A stretch of DNA of 64,000 bases, from the NCBI GenBank assembly GCA_025594325.1, contig JANHCV010000010.1, positions 682,001-746,000 of the forward strand. Direction: 5' to 3'. Positions 11,093-22,071 of this stretch are shown here, piece after piece. The DNA is from Blastocladiella emersonii ATCC 22665. Lineage: Eukaryota > Fungi > Blastocladiomycota. Below the pieces are notes generated by a model. It saw only the letters and a list, made by a program, of their open reading frames with translations, made no database searches and was not told where the DNA came from. Both the position numbers and the translations under genes were made by a program. Position 1 is the first letter of the stretch; every line of letters begins with the position of its first letter.

Positions 11093-13252
11093 ATGATCAT
11101 CGCGACGCTCCCGATCCAGCACGACGGGCAGCGCGTGCTCGCCGAGCTGCGCACGGCGACGACGTGGGCCGACGTGGTGGCGAGTCTGCCGTGGCTGCTC
11201 GAGGACGCGCTCGTCGACGCGCTCGAGCCCGAGGACACGGTCACGCGCCTCTACGTGCGCAAGCCGCGCCCCGCTGCCGCCCGCGCAGCCAGCCAGTCGC
11301 CAACCAGCGACAACGAGCGCAAGCGCACCCACTCGGCCGTGTCCGACGACGCGCCCGCTGGCAGCAAGGACGACGACGACGACGAGGAGTGGCCCGAGCC
11401 CTCGGCCGCAAGTCCGCCGCCCGCGCCCGCTGCGCCGCTGCGGCCCAAGTGCTTTGCGCCGACGTCGGCGCGCGTGTACCTGCTGGGCCTCGACATCGAG
11501 CAGTACTGCGTGCGGTTCGAGAACAAGTCGCTCCCCGACGCGGTGCGGCACCACCCGTCGGCGATGCAGCTGGCGTCGCGGTCGCGCGTGCTCAACATCC
11601 CGATCTACGACCTGACCGTGACGCGCGGCGAGCCCGTGCCGCCGGAGCTGCAGCTGCTGTTCGCGCGGCGCGACGTGATCTTCTCGGGCGTCGGGCTCAA
11701 GGGCGACACCAAGTCGCTGACGGCGCTGTCGCTGGCGTTCGACCCGGACCGCATGCTGGACGCGAACCGCGTCATCCACAAGTGGAACACGACGGGCGGC
11801 CTCGAGGACCTCATGTACGCCTTCTCGGGCATGTGGGACGAGTACACGCGGCTGCGTCTTGCCGGCCGCGGCGTGCCCGACGACCTGCTCCCGCGCTTCG
11901 ACGACTCGGGCGTCCGCCTCGCCGTCGGCACCGCCGCCTCGCTCACGTACCACCGCCGCCGCGTCATCGGCCTCGACTCGTGCGCCAACTGCAAGCGCCA
12001 CTACCACCAGCTGCCCGCCTTCACCTACGCGACCAACGACCTGCTGGGCATTGGCGACGGGCCGGCGTACCCGCAGCTCGCCGTCGGGTGGAAGGCCACG
12101 GGCGTCGCCATGTCCAACTGGGACCTGCCCGCGGCCTCGTGGACCCAGGTCATGGTCCTGTACGCGGCCATCGACGCGCTGGCCTCGCGCGAGATCGGCC
12201 GCCTGCTGCGCCCCGTCCTTGAGCCCGCCAACTGGGTCGAGGGTATGCCGACGCTCGAATTCAACCCGCTGTACCGCCCCGTCCACCGCCGCGTCCTCGG
12301 CGGCGACCTGCTCGAGCACATCCGCCGCGTCCTCGCCCACTGCCTCGCCCAGCGCGGTAAGCAGACGGTTGACAAGGCCGCCAAGTTCATTGATATGTGG
12401 AAGCTGCTCCGCGGGTTCCGCAACCGCCCGCAGGTGCTCAAGGCCGCCGTCGAGCATCTCGCGGCTGTTGGCGTCGTCAAGCTCGAGCCCCGCGCGCCCG
12501 GTACGCCGCTGTATACCGCGGCGCACCACCAGCAGCAGAAGCAGGGGTCGGCGGCGGCGGCGGGCAAGGGCGGGAACGGCGGTAACCGCAGTGGCAGCGC
12601 CACGCCCAAGGGTAACAACAACAACAACCGCAGCGGCAGCGCTACGCCCATCAGCGGCGCCACGACGCCAACGACCGCCCCCGCCCCCGCCACCCCGTCC
12701 GCGTCCGCGTCCGCGCCCGAGGCCAAGACCCCGCCCCCGCCCCCGATGCTGATCGCGCACGTGTGCCTATCGAAGCGCATCCCGCCGCTCCGCCTCCCCT
12801 CCCCCTTGCCCCCACTCCCCGCGGACCTGACCACGACGCTGACGCTCTCGGTGCCGCGGATCCCGGGCATCGAGCCGACGCGCGCGACGGTGCTCGAGTA
12901 CCTGGTCGACTACCACCCGGCCCTGATCCTGTACGAGCGCGCGCTCGCGGCGCGGATCGCGAACGCGTGGCTCGTCGAGCTCGGGGACGACGGGCTGGAG
13001 CAGGTCCTGCACGAGCTGCGGAATGCGCTGGCGGATGTCGTGCGGACGCTGCGGAGTACGGTTGCCGCGGCGGTGGGTGGTACGGGAGAGGGCGCGAAGA
13101 AGAAGAAGGCGCGCAAGAGCAAGAACCGCCGTGAGACGATGGGGCTCTTGCTCGACGGGACGGTGCAACATCTCGACGAGGAGGCGGGCGCGCACCCAGT
13201 CGAGGAGCAGGTGAGCGCGCCGGATGCGGCGATGGAGGATGTGCAGGAGTGA
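11093..13252 (+). CDS. DEDDy 3'-5' exonuclease (WRN-exo/EXD family) with long C-terminal extension
   Basis: ExoI LLGLDIEQ, MQLAS, FSGVGLKGD (ExoII), GLEDL, SNWD...VLYAAIDA (ExoIII); single long ORF. Confidence 0.85.
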   Translation: MIIATLPIQHDGQRVLAELRTATTWADVVASLPWLLEDALVDALEPEDTVTRLYVRKPRPAAARAASQSPTSDNERKRTHSAVSDDAPAGSKDDDDDEEWPEPSAASPPPAPAAPLRPKCFAPTSARVYLLGLDIEQYCVRFENKSLPDAVRHHPSAMQLASRSRVLNIPIYDLTVTRGEPVPPELQLLFARRDVIFSGVGLKGDTKSLTALSLAFDPDRMLDANRVIHKWNTTGGLEDLMYAFSGMWDEYTRLRLAGRGVPDDLLPRFDDSGVRLAVGTAASLTYHRRRVIGLDSCANCKRHYHQLPAFTYATNDLLGIGDGPAYPQLAVGWKATGVAMSNWDLPAASWTQVMVLYAAIDALASREIGRLLRPVLEPANWVEGMPTLEFNPLYRPVHRRVLGGDLLEHIRRVLAHCLAQRGKQTVDKAAKFIDMWKLLRGFRNRPQVLKAAVEHLAAVGVVKLEPRAPGTPLYTAAHHQQQKQGSAAAAGKGGNGGNRSGSATPKGNNNNNRSGSATPISGATTPTTAPAPATPSASASAPEAKTPPPPPMLIAHVCLSKRIPPLRLPSPLPPLPADLTTTLTLSVPRIPGIEPTRATVLEYLVDYHPALILYERALAARIANAWLVELGDDGLEQVLHELRNALADVVRTLRSTVAAAVGGTGEGAKKKKARKSKNRRETMGLLLDGTVQHLDEEAGAHPVEEQVSAPDAAMEDVQE

Positions 13253-13289
13253 TATGGTTTATTGATCGAAGTTGTTGTTAGCGAATCAG

Positions 13290-14798
13290 CTAGTACCAGT
13301 CGAGCAGCTTGGTGAACTCTTCCTCGGTGAACGAGAGCAGCTTGGCGGCCTCTAGGTGCATCTACTCGCGCGTCGCGGTCAGCACCGTGGCCGTGGCCAT
13401 GGCCATCCTGCCCCCAAATCGTGTACCTTTTGCTTGCGCAGCACATCAATCAGCGCGCTCTGCTTCTTGAACCCGACGAGCAGCTCGCCCTTCTGCTTCT
13501 CGAGCCGCTTGATCTCGGTGGCGAGCCGGTCGTTGGCCTTTTTCAGCGTGTCGACCTGCTCCTTGCGGTCCGCGTCCGCCTTGGCCGCGGCCTGGCGCAG
13601 CCGGTCGACTTCTTCGAGCGCGCGGTTGAGACTACACGTCGCCACGGTCAGTCCCGCTCGCCGCGACGGTGGCCGAAAGGCGTACCGCTTGTCCTTGTTC
13701 TGCGCGTCCGACGACGACACGCGCTCCGACTTCTTGATGGCCGCGAGCTCGCGGACGGCATGGGCGCGCGCGTTCTCGGCAGCGGCGGCGCGCTGCTCGC
13801 ACGCGGCCAGGTCCGCGGCCGTCTTGTCGTGCGCCGTTTGGAGGGTCTGGTGCTGCTTCGCTAGCTTCTTGTGCGCGTCGTCGAGCGTCTTGAGCGCGGC
13901 TTCGGCGGCGGTCTGGGCTTTGGTCTGAGGGAAGGAGGGAGCGGGTGAGTGGGGTTACGGAGGAGAGGGGTGTGGAGGGAGAGAGAGGGCGGTGTACCTT
14001 GTCCCGCGCATCCTTGGCCGCGCGCTCGAGCTCGTCCTCGACGACGAGCAGGCGCGCTTTGAGGTACCGGTTCGTCGCCTCTACAACGACACATGGTCAG
14101 TGCTGCCACCCACAAGCTCTGTCGCCCCGCGGCGTACCGAGCGTGTAATCGTGCGACGGGTCCTCGGTCGCCTCCTGCAGCTTGTCAGCAATCTTCTGGA
14201 TCAGGTTGAGCTCGGCCGCGGGCAGCGAGCGCGTCGCCGGAGCGGTGGCCGACGCGGGTTTCGTCGCGGCGCCGGCGGTCGCGGGGCGGCGGCCGCTCGC
14301 GGGTTTGAGGCCCGCGCGTTTCGTCGAGCCCGAGGTTGGGCGAGAGCTAGAAGTAGGGGAAGTGCAGTGAGCGGATGCGTGGTCGGGTTCGGGTTGAGGG
14401 GCAGGGTACGATGAAGCGGGTTTGGACTCGAACTCGAGCTCCGCGCCGCCGCCCTGCGCGTCCGTGTCATCGTCATCGTCGAGCCCGAGCGACAGGAACT
14501 TGGACACGGGCATGGTCTCGGTGCGCTCGAGCAGCTGCATCCCCTCGCGCTACACACTCGCCAGACTTGAGCCACGTTTCCCCCACTTTGGTACACGTAG
14601 AGCACGCACCACCGCCGACTCGGTCTCGGCGAGCACCGACGTGGCCTTCTTGGCGAGCTCGACGTCGCGCAGGCGGTACGCCTCCTCGCGCTTGAGCAGC
14701 TCGCGCGAAAAGTAGGCCAGCGTGCCGCCGACCGACGCGTCGTCGCCCGCGCCGGTGAAGCTCGTGGTGTCGTTCTCGTAGTCCGAGTCGCTCAGCAT
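13290..14798 (-). CDS. TEX9: Testis-expressed protein 9 homolog (centriolar/ciliary coiled-coil), multi-exon
   Basis: N-term ELLKREEAYRLRDVELAKKA; C-term RLEKQKGELLVGFKKQSALIDVLRKQK|MHLEAAKLLSFTEEEFTKLLDWY*; several GT-AG introns. Confidence 0.85.
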
Positions 14799-15018
14799 GG
14801 TGGTTGCATGTGGTTGAGGGAAGAGAGAAGCGGGGAGGGACTGGGGGAGGGAAGTGGAGAAGCGCATGGCGACGCGCCACGCGACCACGCGACGCGTCGT
14901 CCATCCACTCGCGCGCCCTCACCGCGATGCGTGGCGCTGCCGCCCAAACGGAAACGTGTCTCGTCCCTCTCTCCCTCTCCCACGCCTGCAACCTGCAACG
15001 TATCAACAGCCCTAAGCA

Positions 15019-16481
15019 ATGACGAGCGACACCTCGCCCCTCGCGGCCCTGCGCGAGCACGTCCAGAGCCTGCTCGCTGCGCCGTCGCCGCCTGCCGCCA
15101 CGGCTGAGCAGCCCGTACGCGCTTCACTGCGCTCGCGATCGGCGTTCTGCGTCTGACCCCGCCTCGTAGAGCAACAACGGGCACCACCACCACAGCCCCG
15201 CGCCGCTCCCACCCGTCCCGCTGCGGCGCTCGAACAGCGTGGTGTGCGTGCACACGCCCGAGGCGCGCGCCGCGCTTTCGGACGTGTACGACGAGCTGCT
15301 GGACCTCGTCGGGCTCATCCACCCGCACCTGTACACGGACGTGCTGACGCCGCTCGGGTCGCCCGTTATGCGGCCGAGTGGCGCGACGGCGTCGCCGCCG
15401 GCGGCGGGACCGGGAAAGGACGCGGTGCCCACGCTCCTCGCCACGGTGCAGGACCAGCGGCGGCTCGTCAAGAAGGCGCAGCTCGACCTGCAGGTCGAAA
15501 AGGGGCTCAACACGGTCCTGCGGTCCGAGAATAAGGGGCTCAAGGAGAAGCTCGTCCAGATTGTACGTCCCTCTTGGCCTCCCGCCCTTCCGACCCGCAC
15601 TTGACCCTCCTTCGCGTAGGCGATCGCGACCGAGCAAGAGGAGGAGGCCCTGACCAACAAGTTCCTGGTGCGCATCGAGGAGCTGCACAAGGAAAAGGCC
15701 AAGATCATCGAGCAGGTCGAGCGCGAGGAAGAGTACATCACCAACAACCTGCAGCGCAAGCTCGCCCAGCTCCAGCGCGAGAAGATCGACATGGAGAACC
15801 AGCTCGAGCAGGAGCAGGAGTCGATCGTCAACCGGCTCCAGAAGCAGCTCGAGGCGTACGTCTTGCGTGGGAGTACGCGTGGGGTGGATGAGCGCTGACT
15901 TTCTGGGTGTGTAGCCTCCGCGCGCAGCAGCCGACCACGCCCGGGTCCGATGCGACGGCATCGTCCCCGCTCGGCGACCAGTACGCTCTCTCGGTTTCCC
16001 TCCAGCGCGCGCATGCGGCTCACCAACCGAGCGACGTGTAGCGCCTCGCACCGCCGCCGCGGCACCGGGTCGTCGCACACGTCGCTGCACGACCTGACGG
16101 CGCTCCCGCCGCCGCCCTCGCTCGTCGACGTGATGCGCGCCGAGATCCAGGGCCTGCGCGTCAAGATCCACGAGCTCGAGCGCGAGGGTACGTCGCTGCC
16201 AGCTCTTTATCCCTCTCGCACGTCACTGACTTGCGCCCCCAAACGTAGTCGCGGCCAAGACCGCGCAGCTCAAGGCGTGGCGCGACGAGCTGCTGGTCCT
16301 GCGGCCCAAGGCCGGGGTCCCGACCGACGATCTGTTTGCCGACTCGTACGTGATCATGGCTTCTTTGGTGAGACGACACTGACGCGTCGGATCGGGGTGC
16401 AGGCAGCCCAGCTCGCGCCACACGTCGCGGCCGTCGACGGCGACCCCGACGGCCGCGGGCCACGCGACGACGAGCGCGTAG
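15019..16481 (+). CDS. CCDC6: CCDC6-like (DUF2046/H4) coiled-coil protein, multi-exon
   Basis: EQEEEALTNKFL...VEREEEYITNNLQRKLAQLQREKIDMENQLEQEQESIVNRLQKQL; GTACG introns; spliced last exon ends TAG 16481. Confidence 0.8.
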
Positions 16482-16515
16482 AGATCTCTCGGACGGACAT
16501 ATCAATGGATTCGAT

Positions 16516-17997
16516 TCAGACATCCTCTGCTTCCTCCGCCACCACGGCCGCCTGCTGCTGGACCACCAACGACGCGGCGCTCGCCCCCGCACTCCCACCA
16601 CCCCCGCCCCCGAAGCTCCTCCGCGCGCGCTCCTCCTTAACCCTTCTCACATGCGCGCGCAGCCTTCCCGCCGCCACATGCATCCGCGTATGCAGCGCGT
16701 AGTTCCTGCACGCGTGGAACTCGCGGCACTCGGCGCAGAACGCGAAATCACAATCCGCACATACCTTGGGCAGGCTCGCGTACATGTCGTCGCGCGCGAG
16801 GTGCACGTCGATGTAGCACGCCGCGCACGTCGCGAGCGTGCTGTCGCAGGCCACGCACACGCACCCGTCGACACACGACGCACACAGCGCGGTCCCGCAC
16901 CGCCCGCAGTAGTACGTCCGGCAGCACCCCGAGCACTGTGTCGCGCGGCACCGCGCGCAGGTCGCGACGGGGGCTGAGGCGGCGGTTCCGACCGCGGGGG
17001 CAGGGGCGCCGGGGACGGGACTCCCCGGTGCCGGTGCGGCGGGTGGGTCGACCTCGCGGCAGTGCGGGCAGTCGAGGACGCCGCACGTCTCGCACCGCGC
17101 GATCTGCGCCGTGCACCAGGTGCAGACGGCGTCCTGGATCCCGTCGACGAGGGCGCGCGGGCACAGCGACGCGACGGGGGTCAGGTGTGCGGCGCAGAAG
17201 CTGTGCCCACACCGCATGCACTCGGAGGCCGGGACGCAGCCCAAGCAGCCGGTGACGGGACACCCGAACTCGTCGTGGTCGGCCGTGTGCGGGTGGACCG
17301 CGGCGCGGCATTGCAGGCACAGGGTGACCGAGAGCGGGTTTGGGTGCGGCGTCAGGAACGGGACGACCGAGACCAGCAGCGTGTACTGCGCGAGCGACGG
17401 CTCGTCGTTCAGGTAGCACCGCTGCAGGTTCGGCAGCGGGTACGTCGCGGCGGGCGACGCGGCCGGCCTTGCCTCGCGCAGGCGCAGGACAGCGGTCGAG
17501 AAGCTCTCGGTGAGGACGGACGTGTCGCCCGAGACCGCCGACAGGTTCGGGAACAGCTGCAGCACCCCCACCAAATCGACGGTGCCCGACAGGATGAACG
17601 GCAGCCACACGGCGCGGACGAGCGGGCGCACCGACTCGGCGTGCAGCCGCCGCGCCAGGACCGCCGCGTGACGCGGACACGCGTGCATCCACGTCAGGTC
17701 CAGGCTGCACAGCTTCACGTTCTCGGCGGCGGCGATGGGCGCGCGGCGCGCGGGCGAGGTAGTGGTCGGCGAGTCCGTGGGGGAGGTAGGGGTTGGAGAG
17801 GAAGTGGGCGGCGGCGGGGGGAGGCGGTGCGTGGTCCACACGCCGAGCCAGAAGGCGGGTGTCGAGTAGACGAGGGTAAAGTGGCGGCGGCACGCGGCCG
17901 CGAACACGGTCAGGTCCGCGTAGTCGAGGTACCGCGCCACCGCGGTCCACAGCTCGTCGCCGAGGTACGGCAGCGTGAGAGGCTCGTGTGATTCCAT
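16516..17997 (-). CDS. F-box protein with long Cys-rich (multi-CxxC) C-terminal region
   Basis: N-term LPYLGDELWTAVARYLDYADLTVFAAACRRHF (F-box); short LRR-like stretch; more than 10 CxxC motifs. Confidence 0.75.
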   Translation of the reverse strand: MESHEPLTLPYLGDELWTAVARYLDYADLTVFAAACRRHFTLVYSTPAFWLGVWTTHRLPPPPPTSSPTPTSPTDSPTTTSPARRAPIAAAENVKLCSLDLTWMHACPRHAAVLARRLHAESVRPLVRAVWLPFILSGTVDLVGVLQLFPNLSAVSGDTSVLTESFSTAVLRLREARPAASPAATYPLPNLQRCYLNDEPSLAQYTLLVSVVPFLTPHPNPLSVTLCLQCRAAVHPHTADHDEFGCPVTGCLGCVPASECMRCGHSFCAAHLTPVASLCPRALVDGIQDAVCTWCTAQIARCETCGVLDCPHCREVDPPAAPAPGSPVPGAPAPAVGTAASAPVATCARCRATQCSGCCRTYYCGRCGTALCASCVDGCVCVACDSTLATCAACYIDVHLARDDMYASLPKVCADCDFAFCAECREFHACRNYALHTRMHVAAGRLRAHVRRVKEERARRSFGGGGGGSAGASAASLVVQQQAAVVAEEAEDV

Positions 17998-18272
17998 GAT
18001 TGTCGTTGCGATTGCGGGGAGTGGCCCGGTCCAGGGCCCGGTCTGGGAGAGCAATCGGGAGCGGCTCGGAAGGAGAGGAGAGGGAGACGCGTCGATCGGC
18101 CGTGCCACGTGACGCTGCATGCTCGCGGAATCTGTCTCTCCGCCGTGTCCCTTGGACGTGCGGTCCAGTCGGTCTGTTGCTGCCGAGCCACCATGTATCC
18201 CTGGGCTGCTCCTGCCTGCGCTCTCTCTCTGTCCATGCAACTGCTAGTACTCGCGAACACACCAACATCGGA

Positions 18273-19125
18273 ATGTCACGCCTCCTCCATGCCTACAACC
18301 GCCTCCTCGAGACGCACCCGTACAAGACGCAGTCCGTGACGGCGGCGGTCCTGTGGTGCTGCGGCGACCTGCTGTCCCAGGTCATTGAGGCCAAGACGGC
18401 CGATGCCGCGCACGTCTCGGTCATCGTGTCGCCTCCTGCGAACTCGAATTCGGGAGCGGGGTCTGGGGTTGCGCACTGCGACGGGGGAGCGCTCGTCCCG
18501 CCGCCACCACCACATCCGCCAGTCCTGATTGCCGCTGGGGGGATTGCCTCGGGCGAGGCGTCGCCGCTGCAGCGCCGGCTCGAGCTCGAGCACGAGGGCG
18601 ATGTCGCGCGGCACGCTGGGATGAAGGTGGACTGGAAGCGCCGTACGTTGACTGCGTACCGCTTCTCCACAGCCAGCTCACACACCTCCTCTAGTCGGGA
18701 TCATGACGAGCTTCGGCCTGTGCATCGCGGGTCCCCTGTACACGTGGTGGTACGCGCGGCTGGACCACGTCGTGACGGGCTATTTCGCGCGCAAGCAGGC
18801 GGTCTCCGCCATTCCCATGTCACCAACCCGCATGGCGGTGCAGGTGACGGGGACCAAGCTGTTTGCGGACCTGTTCATCTTCGACCCGCCGTACCTGTCG
18901 CTGTTCTTCTCGTCGACGAGCCTGGCGAGCGGGATGCCCGTGCGCGACATGGTCGCCAAGTACAAGCGCGACGCGCTGCCGACGTACCTGGTCGATATCT
19001 CGGTGTGGGGCCCGATCCAGGCGGTGAATTTCACCAAAGTCAAGGTCGTGTACCAGCCGCTCGTCGTCAACTCCGTCAATATCTTCTGGAACGCGTACCT
19101 CAGCTACGTCGGCCACAGCTCTTGA
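18273..19125 (+). CDS. MPV17: Mpv17/PMP22 family membrane protein (Sym1-like), 2 exons
   Basis: YNRLLETHPYKTQSVTAAVLWCCGDLLSQ; DWKR|..MTSFGLCIAGPLYTWWY; KLFADLFIFDP; VWGPIQAVNF; WNAYLSY; intron about 18644-18694. Confidence 0.9.
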
Positions 19126-19278
19126 TGGATCGCTCATCCTTGCGCACTCTAAGACTCGCTCATGTAAGACGTAGAAGCAAGATCGATATATATCCCCTTC
19201 CTTGGTGCATGGTCCAGCCATCAGAACCGAAATGAATGGATTGAAATGAATCGCCCTCAACAACGACAACGAACGACG

Positions 19279-20259
19279 TCACAGCGGCGACCCCGGGATC
19301 GGCGCCAGCGCCGCGAGCTCGCGCTGCAGGTGCAGCGGCACCCGGATGTCCGGCAGCGCATGACGTCGCTTGAACGCCGGCCGCCGCTGCGGGCCCAGGT
19401 CGGGCTCGTCCATGGACGATCGCCGCCGCTTGCGCGGGCTCAGCGGGCCCACGTCCGCGGCGTCGGCTGTCATCGGCCGCTCGTGGACGATCGGTGCCCC
19501 GAGCTCGGGCTGGTACGGGGCCGGCGCCGAGATCGCGCGTGTCCGCCCGCCGCGCACGCTCGCCGCGGCGCTCGCCAGCGCCGACGGCGACACGAGCGGG
19601 CTCGCGAGCGCGCCGAACAGGCCCGACGGCGCCACCACGGGCGCGTGTTGAGGGAGGGGTGGTGGAGGGCGCAGCGCAGCGTTGTACCGCGGGCTCGCGG
19701 CCGACGACGGCGAGTGCACGAGCGGCGACGGTTCGGGCGTCGGCAGCGCGTGCTGGTCGATGACGACGGCGGCCGAGCCGGGCGCGGGCCGCGACCACGA
19801 CAGCGCAGGCCGGACTCGGTCACCGGCCACGGGCCGCGGGAGCGCCGGCGGCCGCTTGCGCTCAGAGGCGACGACGCGGAGGGCGCCCGACTCGGTGACC
19901 ACGGAAGCCGCAAGGACCGCCGCGCGGGTGTCGGCGAGCGCCGCGAGGAGGTCGGTGTCGACGACGGCGACAAGGTTGGGGTCACGACGGTGGGGATCGA
20001 CGGCGGCGGACGGCGTCGCCGGCGCCGGCGGCCGCGGATCGCTCGCGAAGGCGGGTGCGGCGTCGTGCACCGAGCACGAGTGCATCATGGCGTGCGAGAG
20101 CACCAGGCTGTCGAACTGGGCGTAGTGCGCGGCGAGTTGGGCGTCGACCGAGCCGGCGGCGGAGGCGGCGGGCATCGAGCGCGGCGGTGGCGATAGTGGT
20201 GGCAGGGCGGCCGACGACGACGAGGAGGAGGAGTGGTGTACTGGCGAGTAGGACGACAT
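19279..20259 (-). CDS. Hypothetical low-complexity (Ser/Pro/Ala-rich) protein with basic NLS-like motifs
   Basis: Long ORF with core-type codon bias from MSSYSPVHH; PRKRRRSS and AFKRRH motifs. Confidence 0.55.
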   Translation of the reverse strand: MSSYSPVHHSSSSSSSAALPPLSPPPRSMPAASAAGSVDAQLAAHYAQFDSLVLSHAMMHSCSVHDAAPAFASDPRPPAPATPSAAVDPHRRDPNLVAVVDTDLLAALADTRAAVLAASVVTESGALRVVASERKRPPALPRPVAGDRVRPALSWSRPAPGSAAVVIDQHALPTPEPSPLVHSPSSAASPRYNAALRPPPPLPQHAPVVAPSGLFGALASPLVSPSALASAAASVRGGRTRAISAPAPYQPELGAPIVHERPMTADAADVGPLSPRKRRRSSMDEPDLGPQRRPAFKRRHALPDIRVPLHLQRELAALAPIPGSPL

Positions 20260-20913
20260 GGTTGATGATGTTGGGAGCGAGGAGAGGGAGGGTGTCAAGG
20301 CAGGCTGTTGTCGCCGGCGGTCGGGGGTCCGTGGTGCGGCGGAGGCTGGGGCGGGCTTGGGCGGCGATGGCCGATGGAGCTCTACCGGCGATGAAGGCGG
20401 GCTTGCGGGACACAGAAGGGTCGGCGGTCGGGTCTTATTACTCACGGGTGCGGGAGAGAGAGAGGGAGGGAGCAAGGCCGGGGCGGAGCAGCAGGGACGG
20501 TCGGTCGGCCGGTCACTCGGTGAGAGCCACGTTGGCCCGCACGGTTACTCAACCGGCAAAAATAGATGGCCGCACGTTTCGCTGGGCCACGAGGTCGGCT
20601 CGGCCGCTTCCTCTCTCCTCCCTCCCGCTCGGCCACGTTCATTCATCGCCAGCGTCCGCTGATGGTGATCTCCAAAGAATATTTCGCGGAAGATCAGCTC
20701 ATTCAGCGCAGGTGCTCGGCGGACGAGGATCGGATAAAAATACGTGAGTCACATGGCCACAAATGAATTAAACGAACGGGAAATGTTGCTGCGGTTTGCG
20801 CCTCCGCCACACCACCGCGTGCCGCCCGCCCCAGCGCCGCCGCCCACGGACGCGTGGTGCCACACTTGGGCGTCGAGCGCCGCCGCCGCCGCCGCCGCCG
20901 AACGCCCAACAGT

Positions 20914-21860
20914 TCACGGCTGGATCGTTCGTGGCGCGTTCGGGTTGTTGTTCAGCAGCCACTTGCCGAGCCACTCCTACGACGGCATCGTGCGGTTAGC
21001 GGTGGGCGTCGCGCGACGGCCGCCTAGCGCGTACCGTCGGGTTGGCCGGCTTCTCGGTGCACAGCTGGACGAGGCCCTTGGTCAGCACCGGGTACACGGC
21101 GCTCTCGAGGAACGTGGCGATCTGCATGCTGTTGGGCAGCGGGTCGACCATGGCTATCGAGGTGGGCAGAAACGGAGCTCTGTTGGTCAGCTTCTGCTTC
21201 TCACAGCTTGACGCGCGGGTGCAGGTACACCGTGTGCGTGCGGACTGCATCGTCATCGTCGGAGTGCGTGCCATTCGGGAAGAAGAAGCGGATCTCGCGG
21301 TCCGCCGACTTGGTCGAGTCGCTCCCGTGGCACGCGTTGCGCTGGTTGTCGGTCCCGAACCGCGCGCGGATCCTACGCGTGAGGCGTGTCAGGTCATGGC
21401 GGTGGAGGTGTGGCCGACGAAGACGTACGACGACGGCGCCGACTCGCGCGCCTGGTTCGAGTCTGTCGGACCCAGCAGCCGGCGCCACCGCGCGATCGCG
21501 TCCTTGCGCGACAGGATCAGCGCGTAGATGGGGCCGCTACAGATGCTCGAGGGTCAGTGGACATCTCCCACGAGTCGAGGTCGGAACGAACCTGCTCATG
21601 AACTTGGTCAGGGGCTCAAAGAACGGCTTGCCGTTGTGCTCGGCGTAGAACTCGCGCGCCTGGTCGATGGTCAGGTGGATGTGCTTGCGCTACACACTCC
21701 CGAGAGTATCAGCAAACGCCTCCGCTAGCCCGCGTGCACGAGAGAAACCCACGTCGATGATGGTGAACCCGTCGGCCTCGATCGCGTAGAAGATCTCGTC
21801 CGCGTGCTGCGTCGCGTCCGGCTTGATCATCGCCAGCGTGCGCTCAATGAACGGTTCCAT
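20914..21860 (-). CDS. NME5: Nucleoside diphosphate kinase with C-terminal Dpy-30 domain (NME5/RSP23-like, flagellar), multi-exon
   Basis: [94 protein letters not shown]. Confidence 0.9.
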
Positions 21861-22071
21861 GGTGTAATGCGTGGCGTTGCTGTAAGTTTCACGATGTGCG
21901 CGGGTGAGAGGAAGAGGAGCCGCGCGCGCGGCCGGCGAGAAACGCGCTCCGCGACGCGTCGCACCATCATGTGACGCGTTCGCCGGGCGACCATCGCGCA
22001 GCGCTCGGGGGACCCTTACTCGTCCCGTTCGCCATCACCTGTACCAGTACACTGTACCTTGACTCTATGCA

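Noticed and set aside
10739-12760. Long antisense ORFs (673 aa here; also 8742-10085, 16748-18268, 36529-38100, 38785-40479)
   Set aside because: Shadow frames of high-GC3 genes on the opposite or shifted frame; Arg/Gly/Ala-rich with no motifs
21940-21985. ACGCGT (MCB-like) sites upstream of the BRCT gene
   Set aside because: CG-rich hexamers and (GCGAC)n runs are frequent in this GC-rich genome, so there is no evidence of enrichment
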